NCBI GenBank assembly: GCA_030390025.1
Contig: CM059425.1
Location: 177,012,001 to 177,076,000, forward strand
Direction: 5' to 3'
DNA: 64,000 bases
From: Squalus acanthias
Lineage: Eukaryota
Made by a program: the position numbers and the translations under genes. How positions within the stretch are numbered: position 1 is the first letter of the stretch; every line of letters starts with the position of its first letter. Below, piece by piece: positions 38,610 through 51,300 of this stretch. Below the pieces are notes generated by a model. The model was given only the letters and a program-made list of their open reading frames with translations. It did no database searches and had not been told where the DNA came from.

Positions 38610-39642
38610 CTAACAAGTGGGGTACCACAGGGATCTGTCCTGGGTCCCCAGCTGTTCACAATTTACATTAATGACCTGGATCAGGGAGTCGGATGCAGCA
38701 TTTCCAAATTTGCAGACGACACTAAACTAGGAGGGGGGGTGGGCTCAGAGGAGGAGACCAGGAAGCTCCAGAGCGATTTGGACAGACTGGGTGATTGGGC
38801 GGATAAATGGCAGATGCACTATAATGTGGACAAGTGCGAAGTTATCCACCTTGGGTGCAGGAACGGGAGGGCAAATTATTATTTAAATGGCAATAAATTG
38901 GGAGAGGGGGAAGTACAGAGAGACCTGGGTGTTCTTGTACACCAGTCACTGAAGGCGAGCATGCAGGTGCAACAGGCGGTCAAGAAGGCAAACGGTATGC
39001 TGGCCTTCATAGCAAAAGGGTTGGAATACAGGAACAGGGATACCTTGCTGCAGCTGTACAGGGCACTGGTGAGACCACACCTCGAGTACTGTGTACAGTT
39101 TTGGTCGCCTCATCTGAGGAAAGATGTTCTTGCCATGGAGGGGGTGCAGCGGCGATTCACCAGGCTGATACCAGGAATGGCGGGATTGACCTATGAGGAG
39201 AGACTATGTAGTTTAGGGATGTACACACTGGAGTTTAGAAGATTGAGAGGGGACCTCATAGAAGTGTATAAAATTCTGACAGGTCTAGACAGACTAGATG
39301 CAGAAGGAATGTTTCCCTTGGCGGGTGAGAACAGAACTAGAGGACATAATTTAAGGATAAGGGCTAAACCATTTAGGACAGAAATGAGGGGGAATTTCTT
39401 CACTCAGAGGGTGGTGAACCTGTGGAACTCATTGCCACAGAGGGCAGTGTACGCCAGCTCATTAAATATATTTAAGAGGGAATTAGATATATTTCTACAG
39501 GCAAAAGGGGTTAAGGGTTACGGAGAGAAGGCGGGGATGGGATACTGAATTGGAGGATCAGCCATGATCTCATTAAATGGCGGAGCAGGCTCGAAGGGCC
39601 GGATGGCCTACTCCTGCTCCTATCTTCTATGTATCTATGTAT
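38610..39642 (+). mobile_element. Young 5'-truncated HER1/CR1-like LINE with open C-terminal ORF and 3' tail
   Basis: GVPQGSVLGP...KFADDTKL continues into ORF 38739-39548 with no stops; tail ...CTCCTGCTCCTATCTTCTATGTATCTATGTAT. Confidence 0.93.
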
Positions 39643-40969
39643 CCCTTGCCAATACTGCCAGGACATTATTACTCCTCAATATTCTATTCAGATTTTATTT
39701 CTCGGTTTATGCTTTTTTCAATTTGCTGTCTGTTTCTATTCCAATTTTCCCTCTTACGATGCTATTTTGTTCCTTTTTCTTTTTATTCTGGCTTTTTTAT
39801 TTTCCCTCTATTTTAATATATTGATTTCAGGTAAGCAAGTATTGGCAGAATTTAATCTTGCTTTCTTGGCATCAATATCATCTGTTAATTTAATTTCTCA
39901 TATTTCTCTCACTGTCCTTTTCGCTTTGTACCAAAGCATACCCATCAAGAGCCCCTGCCTTTACATGGTTAGCTTTTTCATAATATCGTATACTTAACTT
40001 TAATTTGCTTACCCAATACCTAGCCCAAGGGATTACAATTCATGTGCGAGCCCAAATAAATAGCGATCAGTGGGATAACTTATCACAGAGCACATCACAA
40101 CCACATTTCTGGCACATTAGATACATATTCACTCAATAGGTATAACATACGAACAAAGAAGGTAAGCACATTTCTAGCACGAATCACTGGGGTAGAAAGT
40201 ACTGCTGGCCACATGAGCAAATCAATTCTTAATATGTTTGTACAACTGCCCTCTGCCCACTAAAGGTCGCATTAATCTTTTTAAAAGTAAATTGTGTTCG
40301 TACCTCCATTAAAATAGTGGACAGGAGGAATGCCGCACAAATGTGTTAACAATTTGTCTGCTAATATCGCCAGCCATAATTTCTACCTCATCAGAAAAAG
40401 GAATTGTTGTCCCATTTTCAAACCTATATTGGAGATGCAAAAGATGACTCGAGCATTCTATAGCAGAGATTTAGGGGATCAGACCTTTCTGCTTTCATTG
40501 GCTCTGGATCAAACCACATTGTGCCTTCTGAGCTATTTTAGAATACCTGACAGGACAGGTATACAAGTTTAAGTCGACCGTCAACCTATCTTGCACTAAA
40601 ATACATTTAAAACGGACATTTGGGTACTCCATTAAAAGTTATTAATTTTTTCATCAAGTTTTAAAACATTTGGTCAGTTGAAAATTTTTTTTATTTTTCT
40701 CGGGTCTTTCCCTCATCGAAATAATGCAAATCTCCTTCTATACAAGGCTATACATTGCACTGCAACAGGGAAAGGAATCATGGTAACTGCATAAAACAGC
40801 AGTTTGTTAAATAGAGACGTCTGGCTCAATACAAATCATTGTTGCACAAATCAAGAGTGCACATTAGATACATATTTACTCAACAGGTATAACATATGAA
40901 CAAAGAAGGTAATCGCTGTTGGTTTTGTGTTTTATCAAATAGATCCAACTTCCCCCGGGCCCATTTAGG

Positions 40970-42530
40970 GTTTAGAGGGGGAATTCCAGAGCATGGGGAT
41001 TAAACAGCTTAAGGCACTTACGCCAATGGCCAAACAGAAGAACAGAGAGTGGGCGTGGGGTAGAATTTTCAGAATTAAGAGGGGGGGGGAAGGACATGAA
41101 GGGATTTAGAGGAGAGGATGAAAATGTTAAGAGTCATTTGGGAATCGGCAGCCAATGTAGGTCAGCAAGGACAGGGGCACTAGGCGAGCAGGACTTGGTG
41201 CAGGATAGGATACGGGCAACAGTTTTGGATATGCTGCAGTTTATGGACGGTGACAAAGGCATAAATGAGGGCTTCAGTCACAGATGGGCTCAGGTAAGGA
41301 CAGAGCTGGGCGATGTTATGGAACTGGAAATAGACAAGTCTTTATGAAGAACCTCAGCTCAGGGTTGAATGGGATGTTGCGGTTGCAAACCGTCTGGATG
41401 AGGCCAAGACCAGAGAAGGAGATAGAGTTTGTGGTTGGTGCACAAGACAATGGCTGCAAAATTCCCGTCCTTAGTGGCGGCAGATTGGATGATGTGCCCG
41501 TCATGCTTGAATAGCTGGCAGTGTATGCAAGGTGTGAGATGTGGTTCTGAGGCTTACAACAGTGTTAAGTGTGTGAGGGGGAGATGAAGCTTTGATTGTG
41601 AGGTACGAGTCGTGATTGCTAGAGATTGTTGGTAGGCGAGTGAATGGGGTGTGGTGCATTGAGCAGTGTGTGAGGCTAGTGGTGCAGTTGGTGGGATATG
41701 GCATTTGAAGATGTCTTCACTCACCTTGACCATTCGAGTGAGATCATTAAACTTCTTCCAGCACTGGATCCAAGTCCTGGGGACAACTGGTGGCATGGAC
41801 GGCTTCTGCTATTTCCTCCCACTGCCTTCTTACGGTGTGCCTGGCAGGCCTCCTGCCCCCCTGCGGTGTACAGGACCCGTCTCCTCCTGTACACCCACTG
41901 CACCAAGGCCTCCAGTGCTGCATTGGAGAACGGAGGTGCATGCTCTCTCCCCGGTCGAGAAATTTATTTGACTAGCTCCACCAACAAGGAGGTCCTTCTG
42001 ATTCAGAGCACCTTTCCTTTAAGAAGTGCAGAACAGCCTGTGACTTTCAGGCAACCTTTAAATGGAGAGCAGACTGCACAGCATATTGGGCGCCCTGTTG
42101 AGCCCTGAGCCAACCAGCAGCACGTTTAGCACGGAGCTCAGTGCTCCAATAATTATAATGAGCAGGCAGCATGAATTTTGCATGCTGCCTGCACTACTTT
42201 CAACGGGCACAGGCAGAGCGCACAGCGTGATGCCCGCGCCAGTTCTCCGGCGTAACCGAATTTTGCCCCCCATTGGCTTTAGTCTTCTTAATGTTTAGCT
42301 GGAGCAAGTTACAACTAAATCCAAGACTGGACGTCAGACAACCAGTCTGACAGGAGAGAGGTAGTGCAGGGATCGAGCAAGATGGTAGATATAGTGTTGC
42401 TGTCGTTGACATGCATGTTGAAGCTGATCCCATGGCTTCAAATTATGAGCCAAGGGGCAGCATGTAGATGAGGAAAAGGAGGAGGCCAAGGATGGATGCT
42501 TGGAGGAGTCCAGAGGTAATGATGTGAGGC
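40970..42530 (-). mobile_element. Decayed L2 fragment interrupted by a Harbinger-derived element
   Basis: Similar to 26830-27600 on both sides of 41452-42271 (LQLNIKKTKA motif resumes at the right junction). Confidence 0.65.
41452..42271 (-). mobile_element. PIF/Harbinger-derived element with Myb/SANT-like remnant (duplicate at 48339-49156)
   Basis: Imperfect TIR GGCTGCAAAATTC / GAATTTTGCCCCC; translated pieces WEEIAEAV and RTWIQCWKKFNDL are typical of Harbinger Myb/SANT proteins. Confidence 0.7.
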
Positions 42531-43107
42531 ATAGAAGATAGGAGCAGGAGTAGGCCATTCGGCCCCTCGAGCCTGCTCCGCCATTTAATGAGATCATGGC
42601 TGATCATCCAAACTCAGTACCGTCCCTGCTTTCTCCCCATATCCCTTGATCCCTTTAGCCTTAAGAAATATATCTATCTCCTTCTTGAATATATTTAATG
42701 AATTGGCCTCAACTGCCTTCTGTGGTAGAGAATTCCACAGGTTCACCACTCTCTGGGTGAAGAAATTCCTCCTCATCTCAGTCCTAAATGGCTTACCCCT
42801 TATCCTTAGACTGTGACCCCTGGTTCTGGACTCCCCCGCCATCGGGAACATCCTTCCTGCATCTAGTCTGTCTAGTCCTGTTAGAATTTTAAGTTTCAAT
42901 GAGATCCCCTCTCATTCTTCGAAACTCTAGCGAATATAAGCCTAAATCGACCCAATCTCTCTTCATACGTCATTCCTGCCATCCCAGGTATCAGTCTGGT
43001 AAATCTTCGCTGCACTCCCTCCACGGCAAGAACATCCTTCCTCAGATAAGGCGACCAAAACTGCACACATACTCAAGGTGTGGTCTCACCAAGGCCTTGT
43101 ACAACTG
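42530..43107 (-). mobile_element. HER1/CR1-like 3' fragment (duplicate at 49430-50007)
   Basis: [12 protein letters not shown]...[35 protein letters not shown] plus tail. Confidence 0.9.
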
Positions 43108-43559
43108 TGAAGGTGGGAAGAGAAGCAATTGCTCGAGACATGTGGCAACAAATGGATAGGTAAGAGTGGAACCAAGCAAAGGCACTCTTATAGAGCTGGA
43201 CAACAGAGGAGTGGCATTGGAGGAGGATCAGGTGAATGTGCCAAAGGTTGCAGAGAGATCAAGGAGGATGAGGAGGGATAATGCACACTAGTGACAGATG
43301 ACATTGCAACTAGAGCTATCATGGAGCAGGGATATCCAACTTTATGGAATCGAGGGCTTGTTACACATGCAAAACCAGTGAGTGGGCCATATGCGACTGC
43401 CCCATCACCTGCTGCAAATTCTGGCAAACTGTCCCCAGTGCCTGCACGTGTGATGCTTTGCAACACTTTCCTTTTAAAAGTAGTACCCACGAGATCAGTT
43501 TCCTGAGATTTTTCAGCCAAGAAAAACATTTTCTGACCTTCTGGTCAACAAGGTCTATC

Positions 43560-43999
43560 TCTTGTGGGTTGTGGGTTCAAGTCCCACTCCAGAGACTGGA
43601 GCACAAAAATCTACGCTGACACTTCCGTGTAGTACTGAGGGAGTGCTGCACTGTCAGAGGTGCAGTCTTTCAGATGAGGCGTTAAACCGAGGCCCTGTCT
43701 GCTCTCTCAGGTGGATGTAAAAGATCCCATGGCACGATTTTGAAGAAAAGCAGGGGAGTTATCCCCGGTGTCCTGGCCAATATTTATCCCGCAATCAACA
43801 ACACTAAAAAAGAGATTACCTGCTCATCACATTGCTGTTTATGAGAGCTTGCTGTGCGCAAACTGGCTGCCGATTTTCCTACATTACAACAGTGACTACA
43901 CTTCAAAAAAGTACTTCACTGGCTGCCGATTTTCCTACATTACAACAGTGACTACACTTCAAAAAAGTACTTCACTGGTTGTAAAGTGCTTTGGGACAC
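43560..43999 (+). mobile_element. Deu-domain SINE with tRNA-like head and a 56-bp internal tandem duplication (duplicate at 50460-50906)
   Basis: GGTTCAAGTCC B-box; body homologous to 20810-21105; duplicated unit at ~43863-43974. Confidence 0.8.
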
Positions 44000-44103
44000 T
44001 TTCTTCACTTCACCTGACGAAGGAGCAGCGCTCCGAAAGCTTGTGATTTCAAATAAAACTGTTGGACTATAACCTGGTGTTGTGCGACTTCTCACATTTG
44101 TCC
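44000..44103 (+). mobile_element. Penelope pLTR fragment with hammerhead motif at 44010-44046 (duplicate at 50907-51010, motif at 50917-50953)
   Basis: Nearly identical to 25603-25700; no inverted partner. Confidence 0.85.
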
Positions 44104-47100
44104 TTATAGGAGGGCAGAGGTTGAGTGGACCACCATGTGTGGCCAATCTCTGTTAGGGGCAGTCTTCTCCTTTTAGAAGAATGCCAGAAATCAAAATGCC
44201 CTCTGGTTGTCATGAGATACAGTAAAACATAAGTGTCAGCAGACAAACTATAATGGGGGCAACAGTTGCTTGTAACAAGCAAGTCCATACTATGTGAGGC
44301 TTTTAGTGGATTCATGCATAGCTGCGAGTAAAGGAACACTTGTGGGTAAAAATTGAGGGCATAAAGGGTCACATGGAATCTCCTGGTCATTAAAGGTAAG
44401 CTCTTAAAACATCTCAACAGTGACGGAAAGATGGTTGTAAATGGAAAGCATGCTGATCAGACCACATTTTAGGAAGGTATGGCTCATTACTCTTACTTAC
44501 TAAGATCATTAAACTTCTTATAGCATTAAGTACCCATGTGGGGGGTCATGGAGGCTGCATTTAATGCCAAGCCCACCTCCTTCAACTGTACCTGGCAGTT
44601 TCCTTAGACAGCTTCTTTCCATGCATTCCAAATAGGGGGTCTCGCTCTCCTCAATCAGAGTTGTGTCAGCAGCACCTCTATTAATGTCTCTGAAAATTTG
44701 GGGACTCTGTTCCCTGCAGCTGAACTGTCAGACATTTTAACAACTGGTAATTCAGTTGGTCCTTTAAGCTGCTGCAGATAACTTAACTCCTGCAGCAGCA
44801 TGCCATTCCACTCCTGTGTGCCCCCAATTGGAGGCAGCACAAAGAGCTTGCGTTCATTCCTCAAATTAAAATGATCCTGGAATATTTATATCAAGTGGTG
44901 CAATTTTGCCATTGCAGTAATTATATATAGATTTAAATAATTTAGAAATCAAGAAATCAAATCCCAGAAGGCACTTGATAGACAATCTGTCGATTTGCTA
45001 GGTCGGTGTGGGTGTATAGTTCAACATTCATGGCCAGCAAAATAGTCAGATTATGCAAGCCAGCTCTTAGTTGTCCAAAACTGTCATTGTGATTTTAACC
45101 TTCTGAGCCTATGCAGATTTCGTACACATGTAGTTAGGACAATCACATTTTTCAGACTCCCTGGTACTTTCCCTTTATTTCCCAAAAGGACATTACTGGC
45201 CTATATACGTAGGCAACAGCTCAGCTCATCCATGGCATTCAACCTTCTTGCAGGCACGGTTTAGATTTCTCACCACTGGCAGTTAGGATCAGAGGCCGAA
45301 AGGTGAAAACACATGTTCTGAAAGATAGTTGCGGTCTTGGATGGCAAGAGCATTGCATTAATAGCATTCTTGCTATTGGAAGCAACACTGTAGTATAAAG
45401 GGGTCACAGAGTGCAAAACACACACTTACATCAAGCAGCTTCTGGGATTTGATTTCATGACTTGTAATTATTTTTACCTTTATATAATTACTGAAAACAG
45501 CAAAATTGTACCACTTGATATAAATATTTGATACTGTAGAATCAGTAACAGAATTGTGTAAATGCCCATATAGTGGAAAGATTTTGTACCCGAGCAGCAG
45601 CTTCATGTTTAACCCTGCCCTACACCACGGGAGCATGGGATATCACACTCAGGAAAAACAAATTATGTATTTTACATGTTTTGAACATGGGATATAATTA
45701 CTAATTATCACTGTACTTTAAATGATTAAAGTTTGGCCATATTTTTGCAAACTCCAGCATATACTGGCATTTGCTACAAGCAACCTGTCAGCCATTCCCT
45801 CCAATTACCACTGCTGCCAGCTCCCTGCTGCTTTTAATCACTCCAGTTACTAAATATAATTATAGTTGTTGGCCTACTTCTGTCAGTCCAGATGCTTAAT
45901 CTAAAACAGCTGAAATGAACATACTGATGAAGGTAGCACCAAGGGAGTGTCAAGGTGTTGATAATATGGAGCATACACATCGCTCAAGTAGCACAAATCC
46001 TGATAATTGCTGTAATGTAGGAACGTGAAGGTTTTGCACTAGAATAGGCAACCGAAAGCTAACTTAACACAGGGCACTGGGAGACTGTTTCCACTATTTA
46101 GAAATCTCTAGCCAAAGTGTGTCACATCTCTGCTGAGGCACATATTATTGGTGCTCCAATATACTGTGTCACTGCACTGTCCCCTATATAGGTAAAGATT
46201 TTAAAATCAAGCTTTATTCCACTCCAAGCAACCAGAGGTGTTAAGATATAAAGTGCACCCTCATCTGTTTGCTTGATAATGCTGTGGAGTCCAGGGTCTT
46301 TGGAAAGTTGCAACTTGTTTCTCGTCAAAGGCCTGAAATATACACATCCTATAACATAACTTATACCATCATACATCAGCAAAAAGCTGGGTGTTTGCTC
46401 ACTTTTAAGACCTCAAATATTTCCAAAAATCTCAGTGAAATAGTTTGGGAATTCCCTTAAATGATTATTAGGTTTCAGCTCTATTAATATTTAATCAAGA
46501 TAGACTCTCAGGTTAAGGAAAGAATAAAACTCAAGCACCATGGTCACTATCATGCTTAAAAAGAAACTGATAATGTGACCTGGCACTGAACCCCAAGATT
46601 CCATTATTGCACATGATGCAGATTCAAATGACCAACCATTCTGAAATTCCGAGAATGGAGGAGTTTCTGGAGCTTTTGGACAGTAAATCTAAATATTTCA
46701 TGTCCTCTTAGGAGACCTCCTGGACTGCTGATTAGACCTACCTCAACAGAAGTCAATCTTGACCAATTGCATTTTAAGAAAGCATTTGCTGTTCGGACAG
46801 CAGATTTTCAAAAGACTCTGAAATACCTACACTTTGACAAGTAATTATGTTTTAATCTTTCACTTCACGGGTTATTTTCTGTTAAGATATCGTGAAATGT
46901 CCACTGAGGGCCAGGATACAGCAAGTTTACCAGGGATGCACTAGATTTACTATGGATCCTGATCGTCAGCCATAGCAAATATAGGATTACATAGGATATA
47001 CAGCACAGAAACAGGCCATTCAGCCCAACCAGTCCATGCCGGCGTTTATGCTCCACTCGAGCCTCCTCCCGTCTTTCCTCATCTAACTCGATCAGCATAA

Positions 47101-47810
47101 CCCTCTATTCCCTTCTCCCTCATATGCTTGTCTAGCCTCCTCTTAAATGCACCTATACTGTTCGCTTCAACCATTCCCTGTGGTAGCAGGTTTCACATTC
47201 TCACCACTCTCTAGGTAAAGAAGTTTCTTCTGAATTCCCTATTGGGTTTCTTGGTGACTATCTTATATTGATGGCCTCTAGTTTTGCACTTCCTACAAGT
47301 GGAAACACTCTCTCTCTATCTACTCCATCAAAACCTTTCATAATTTTAAAGACCTCTATTAGTTTACCCCTCAAAAGAGACCCAGCCTGTTCATCCTTTC
47401 CTGAAAGGTATATCCTCGCATTTCTGGCATCATCCTTGTAAATCTTTTTTGCACCCTCTCCAGAGCCTCTATATCCTTTTTATAATATGGCAACCAGAAT
47501 TGTATACAGTACTCCAAGTGTGGTCTAACCAAGGTGCGATACAATTTTAACATAACCTCTCTTTTTCAATTCTATCCCTCTAGAAATAAATCCTAATGCT
47601 TGGTTTGCTTTTTTAATTTCCTTATTAACCTGCATCACTACATTTAGTGATTTGTGTATTTGTACTCCAAGATCCCTTTGCTCCTCTACTCCATTTAGAT
47701 TATTTTCCAAGTAATATGTGACCTCATCTTTCTTACCAAAATGTAATACTTCACATTTATCTGTGCTGAAATTAATTTGCCAATTCTGCAAATTTATGAA
47801 TGTCTTCTTG

Positions 47811-48310
47811 NNNNNNNNNNNNNNNNNNNNNNNNNNNNNNNNNNNNNNNNNNNNNNNNNNNNNNNNNNNNNNNNNNNNNNNNNNNNNNNNNNNNNNNNNN
47901 NNNNNNNNNNNNNNNNNNNNNNNNNNNNNNNNNNNNNNNNNNNNNNNNNNNNNNNNNNNNNNNNNNNNNNNNNNNNNNNNNNNNNNNNNNNNNNNNNNNN
48001 NNNNNNNNNNNNNNNNNNNNNNNNNNNNNNNNNNNNNNNNNNNNNNNNNNNNNNNNNNNNNNNNNNNNNNNNNNNNNNNNNNNNNNNNNNNNNNNNNNNN
48101 NNNNNNNNNNNNNNNNNNNNNNNNNNNNNNNNNNNNNNNNNNNNNNNNNNNNNNNNNNNNNNNNNNNNNNNNNNNNNNNNNNNNNNNNNNNNNNNNNNNN
48201 NNNNNNNNNNNNNNNNNNNNNNNNNNNNNNNNNNNNNNNNNNNNNNNNNNNNNNNNNNNNNNNNNNNNNNNNNNNNNNNNNNNNNNNNNNNNNNNNNNNN
48301 NNNNNNNNNN
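47811..48310. other. Assembly gap (500 N)
   Basis: Run of exactly 500 N. Confidence 1.
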
Positions 48311-51300
48311 GGAGTTTGTGGTTGGTGCACAAGACAATGGCTGCAAAATTCCCGTCCTTAGTGGCGGCAGATTGGATGATGTGCCCGTCATGCTTGAATA
48401 GCTGGCAGTGTATGCAAGGTGTGAGATGTGGTTCTGAGGCTTACAACAGTGTTAAGTGTGTGAGGGGGAGATGAAGCTTTGATTGTGAGGTACGAGTCGT
48501 GATTGCTAGAGATTGTTGGTAGGCGAGTGAAGGGGGTGTGGTGCATTGAGCAGTGTGTGAGGCTAGTGGTGCAGTTGGTGGGATATGGCATTTGAAGATG
48601 TCTTCACTCACCTTGACCATTCGAGTGAGATCATTAAACTTCTTCCAGCACTGGATCCAAGTACTGGGGACAACTGGTGGCATGGACGGCTTCTGATATT
48701 TCCTCCCACTGCCTTCTTACGGTGTGCCTGGAAGGCCTCCTGCCTCCCTGTGGGTACAGGACCCGTCTCCTCCTGTACACCCCCTGCACCAAGGCCTCCA
48801 GTGCTGCATTGGAGAACGGAGGTGCATGCTCTCTCCCCGGTCAAGAAATTTATTTGACTAGCTCCACCAACAAGGAGGTCCTTCTGATTCAGAGCACCTT
48901 TCCTTTAAGAAGTGCAGAACAGCCTGTGACTTTCAGGCAACCTTTAAATGGAGAGCAGACTGCACAGCATATTGGGCGCCCTGTTGAGCCCTGAGCCAAC
49001 CAGCAGCACGTTTAGCACGGAGCTCAGTGCTCCAATAATTATAATGAGCAGGCAGCATGAATTTTGCATGCTGCCTGCACTACTTTCAACGGGCACAGGC
49101 AGAGCGCACAGCGTGATGCCCGCGCCAGTTCTCCGGCGTAACCGAATTTTGCCCCCATTGGCTTTAGTCTTCTTAATGTTTAGCTGGAGCAAGTTACAAC
49201 TAAATCCAAAACTGGACGTCAGACAACCAATCTGACAGGAGAGAGGTAGTGCAGGGATCGAGCAAGATGGTAGTTTCTATGTTTCTATATAGCATTGCTG
49301 TCGTTGACATGCATGTTGAAGCTAATCCCATGGCTTCAAATTATGAGCCAAGGGGCAGCATGTAGATGAGGAAAAGGAGGAGGCCAAGGATGGATGCTTG
49401 GAGGAGTCCAGAGGTAATGATGTGAGGCATAGAAGCATAGAAGATAGGAGCAGGAGTAGGCCATTCGGCCCCTCGAGCCTGCTCCGCCATTTAATGAGAT
49501 CATGGCTGATCATCCAAATTCAGTACCCTGTCCCTGCTTTCTCCCCATATCCCTTTAGCCTTAAGAAATATATCTATCTCCTTCTTGAATATATTTAATG
49601 AATTGGCCTCAACTGCCTTCTGTGGTAGAGAATTCTACAGGTTCACCACTCTCTGGGTGAAGAAATTCCTCCTCATCAGTCCTAAATGGCTTACCCCTTA
49701 TCCTTAGGCTGTGACCTCTGGTTCTGGACTCCCCCGCCATCAGGAGCATCATTCCTGCATCTAGTCTGTCTAGTCCTGTTAGAATTTTATATGTTTCAAT
49801 GAGATCCCCTCTCATTCTTCGAAACTCTAGCGAATATAAGCCTAATCAACCCAATCTCTCTTCATACATCATTCCTGCCATCCCAGGTATCAGTCTGGTG
49901 AATCTTCGCTGCACTCCCTCCATGGCAAGAACATCCTTCCTCAGATAAGGCGACCAAAACTGCACACAATACTCAAGGTGTGGTCTCACCAAGGCCTTGT
50001 ACAACTGTGAAGGTGGGAAGAGAAGCAATTGCTTGAGACATGTGGCAACAAATGGATAGGTAAGAGTGGAACCAAGCAAAGGCACTCTTATAGAGCTGGA
50101 CAACAGAGGAGTGGCATTGGAGGAGGATCAGGTGAATGTGCCAAAGGTTGCAGAGAGATCAAGGAGGATGAGGAGGGATAATGCACTATAGTGACAGCTG
50201 ACATTGTAACTAGAGCTATCATGGAGCAGGGATATCCAACTTTATGGAATCGAGGGCTTGTTACACATGCAAAACCAGTGAGTGGGCCATATGCGACTGC
50301 CCCATCACCTGCTGCAAATTCTGGCAAACTGTCCCCAGTGCCTGCACATGTGTGATGCTTTGCAACACTTTCCTTTTAAAAGTAGTACCCACGAGATCAG
50401 TTTCCTGAGATTTTTCAGCCAAGAAAGACATTTTCTGACCTTCTGGTCAACAAGGTCCATCTCTTGTGGGTTGTGGGTTCAAGTACCACTCCAGAGACTG
50501 GAGCACAAAAATCTACACTGACACTTCCGTGTAGTACTGAGGGAGTGCTGCACTGTCAGAGGTGCAGTCTTTCAGATGAGGCGTTAAACCGAGGCCCTGT
50601 CTGCTCTCTCAGGTGGATGTAAAAGATCCCATGGCACTATTTCGAAGAAAAGTAGGGGAGTTATCCCCGGTGTCCTGGCCAATATTTATCCCGCAATCAA
50701 CAGCACTAAAAAAAAAAAGAGATTACCTGCTCATCACATTGCTTTTTATGAGAGCTTGCTGTGCGCAAATTGGCTGCCGCTTTTCCTACATTACAACAGT
50801 GACTACACTTCAAAAAAGTACTTCATTGGCTGCCGATTTTCCTACATTACAACAGTGACTACACTTCAAAAAAGTACTTCACTGGTTGTAAAGTGCTTTG
50901 GGACACTTTCTTCACTTCACCTGACGAAGGAGCAGCGCTCCGAAAGCTTGTGATTTCAAATAAAACTGTTGGACTATAACCTGGTGTTGTGCGACTTCTC
51001 ACATTTGTCCTTATAGGAGGGCAGAGGTTGAGTGGACCACCATGTGTGGCCAATCTCTGCTGTAAGGGGCAGTCTTCTCCTTTTAGAAGGCCAGAAATCA
51101 AAATGCCCTCTGGTTGTCATGAGATACAGTAAAACATAAGTGTCAGCAGACAAACTATAATGGAGGCAACAGTTGCTTGAAACAAGTCCATACTATGTGA
51201 GGCTTTTAGTGGATTCATGCATAGCTGCGAGTAAAGGAACACTTGAGGGTAAAAATTGAGGGCATAAAGGGTCGCATGGAATCTCCTGGTCATTAAAGCT

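Noticed and set aside
47525..48474. Long ORFs of 178-288 aa in the ORF track
   Set aside because: Artefacts of translating through the 500-N gap.
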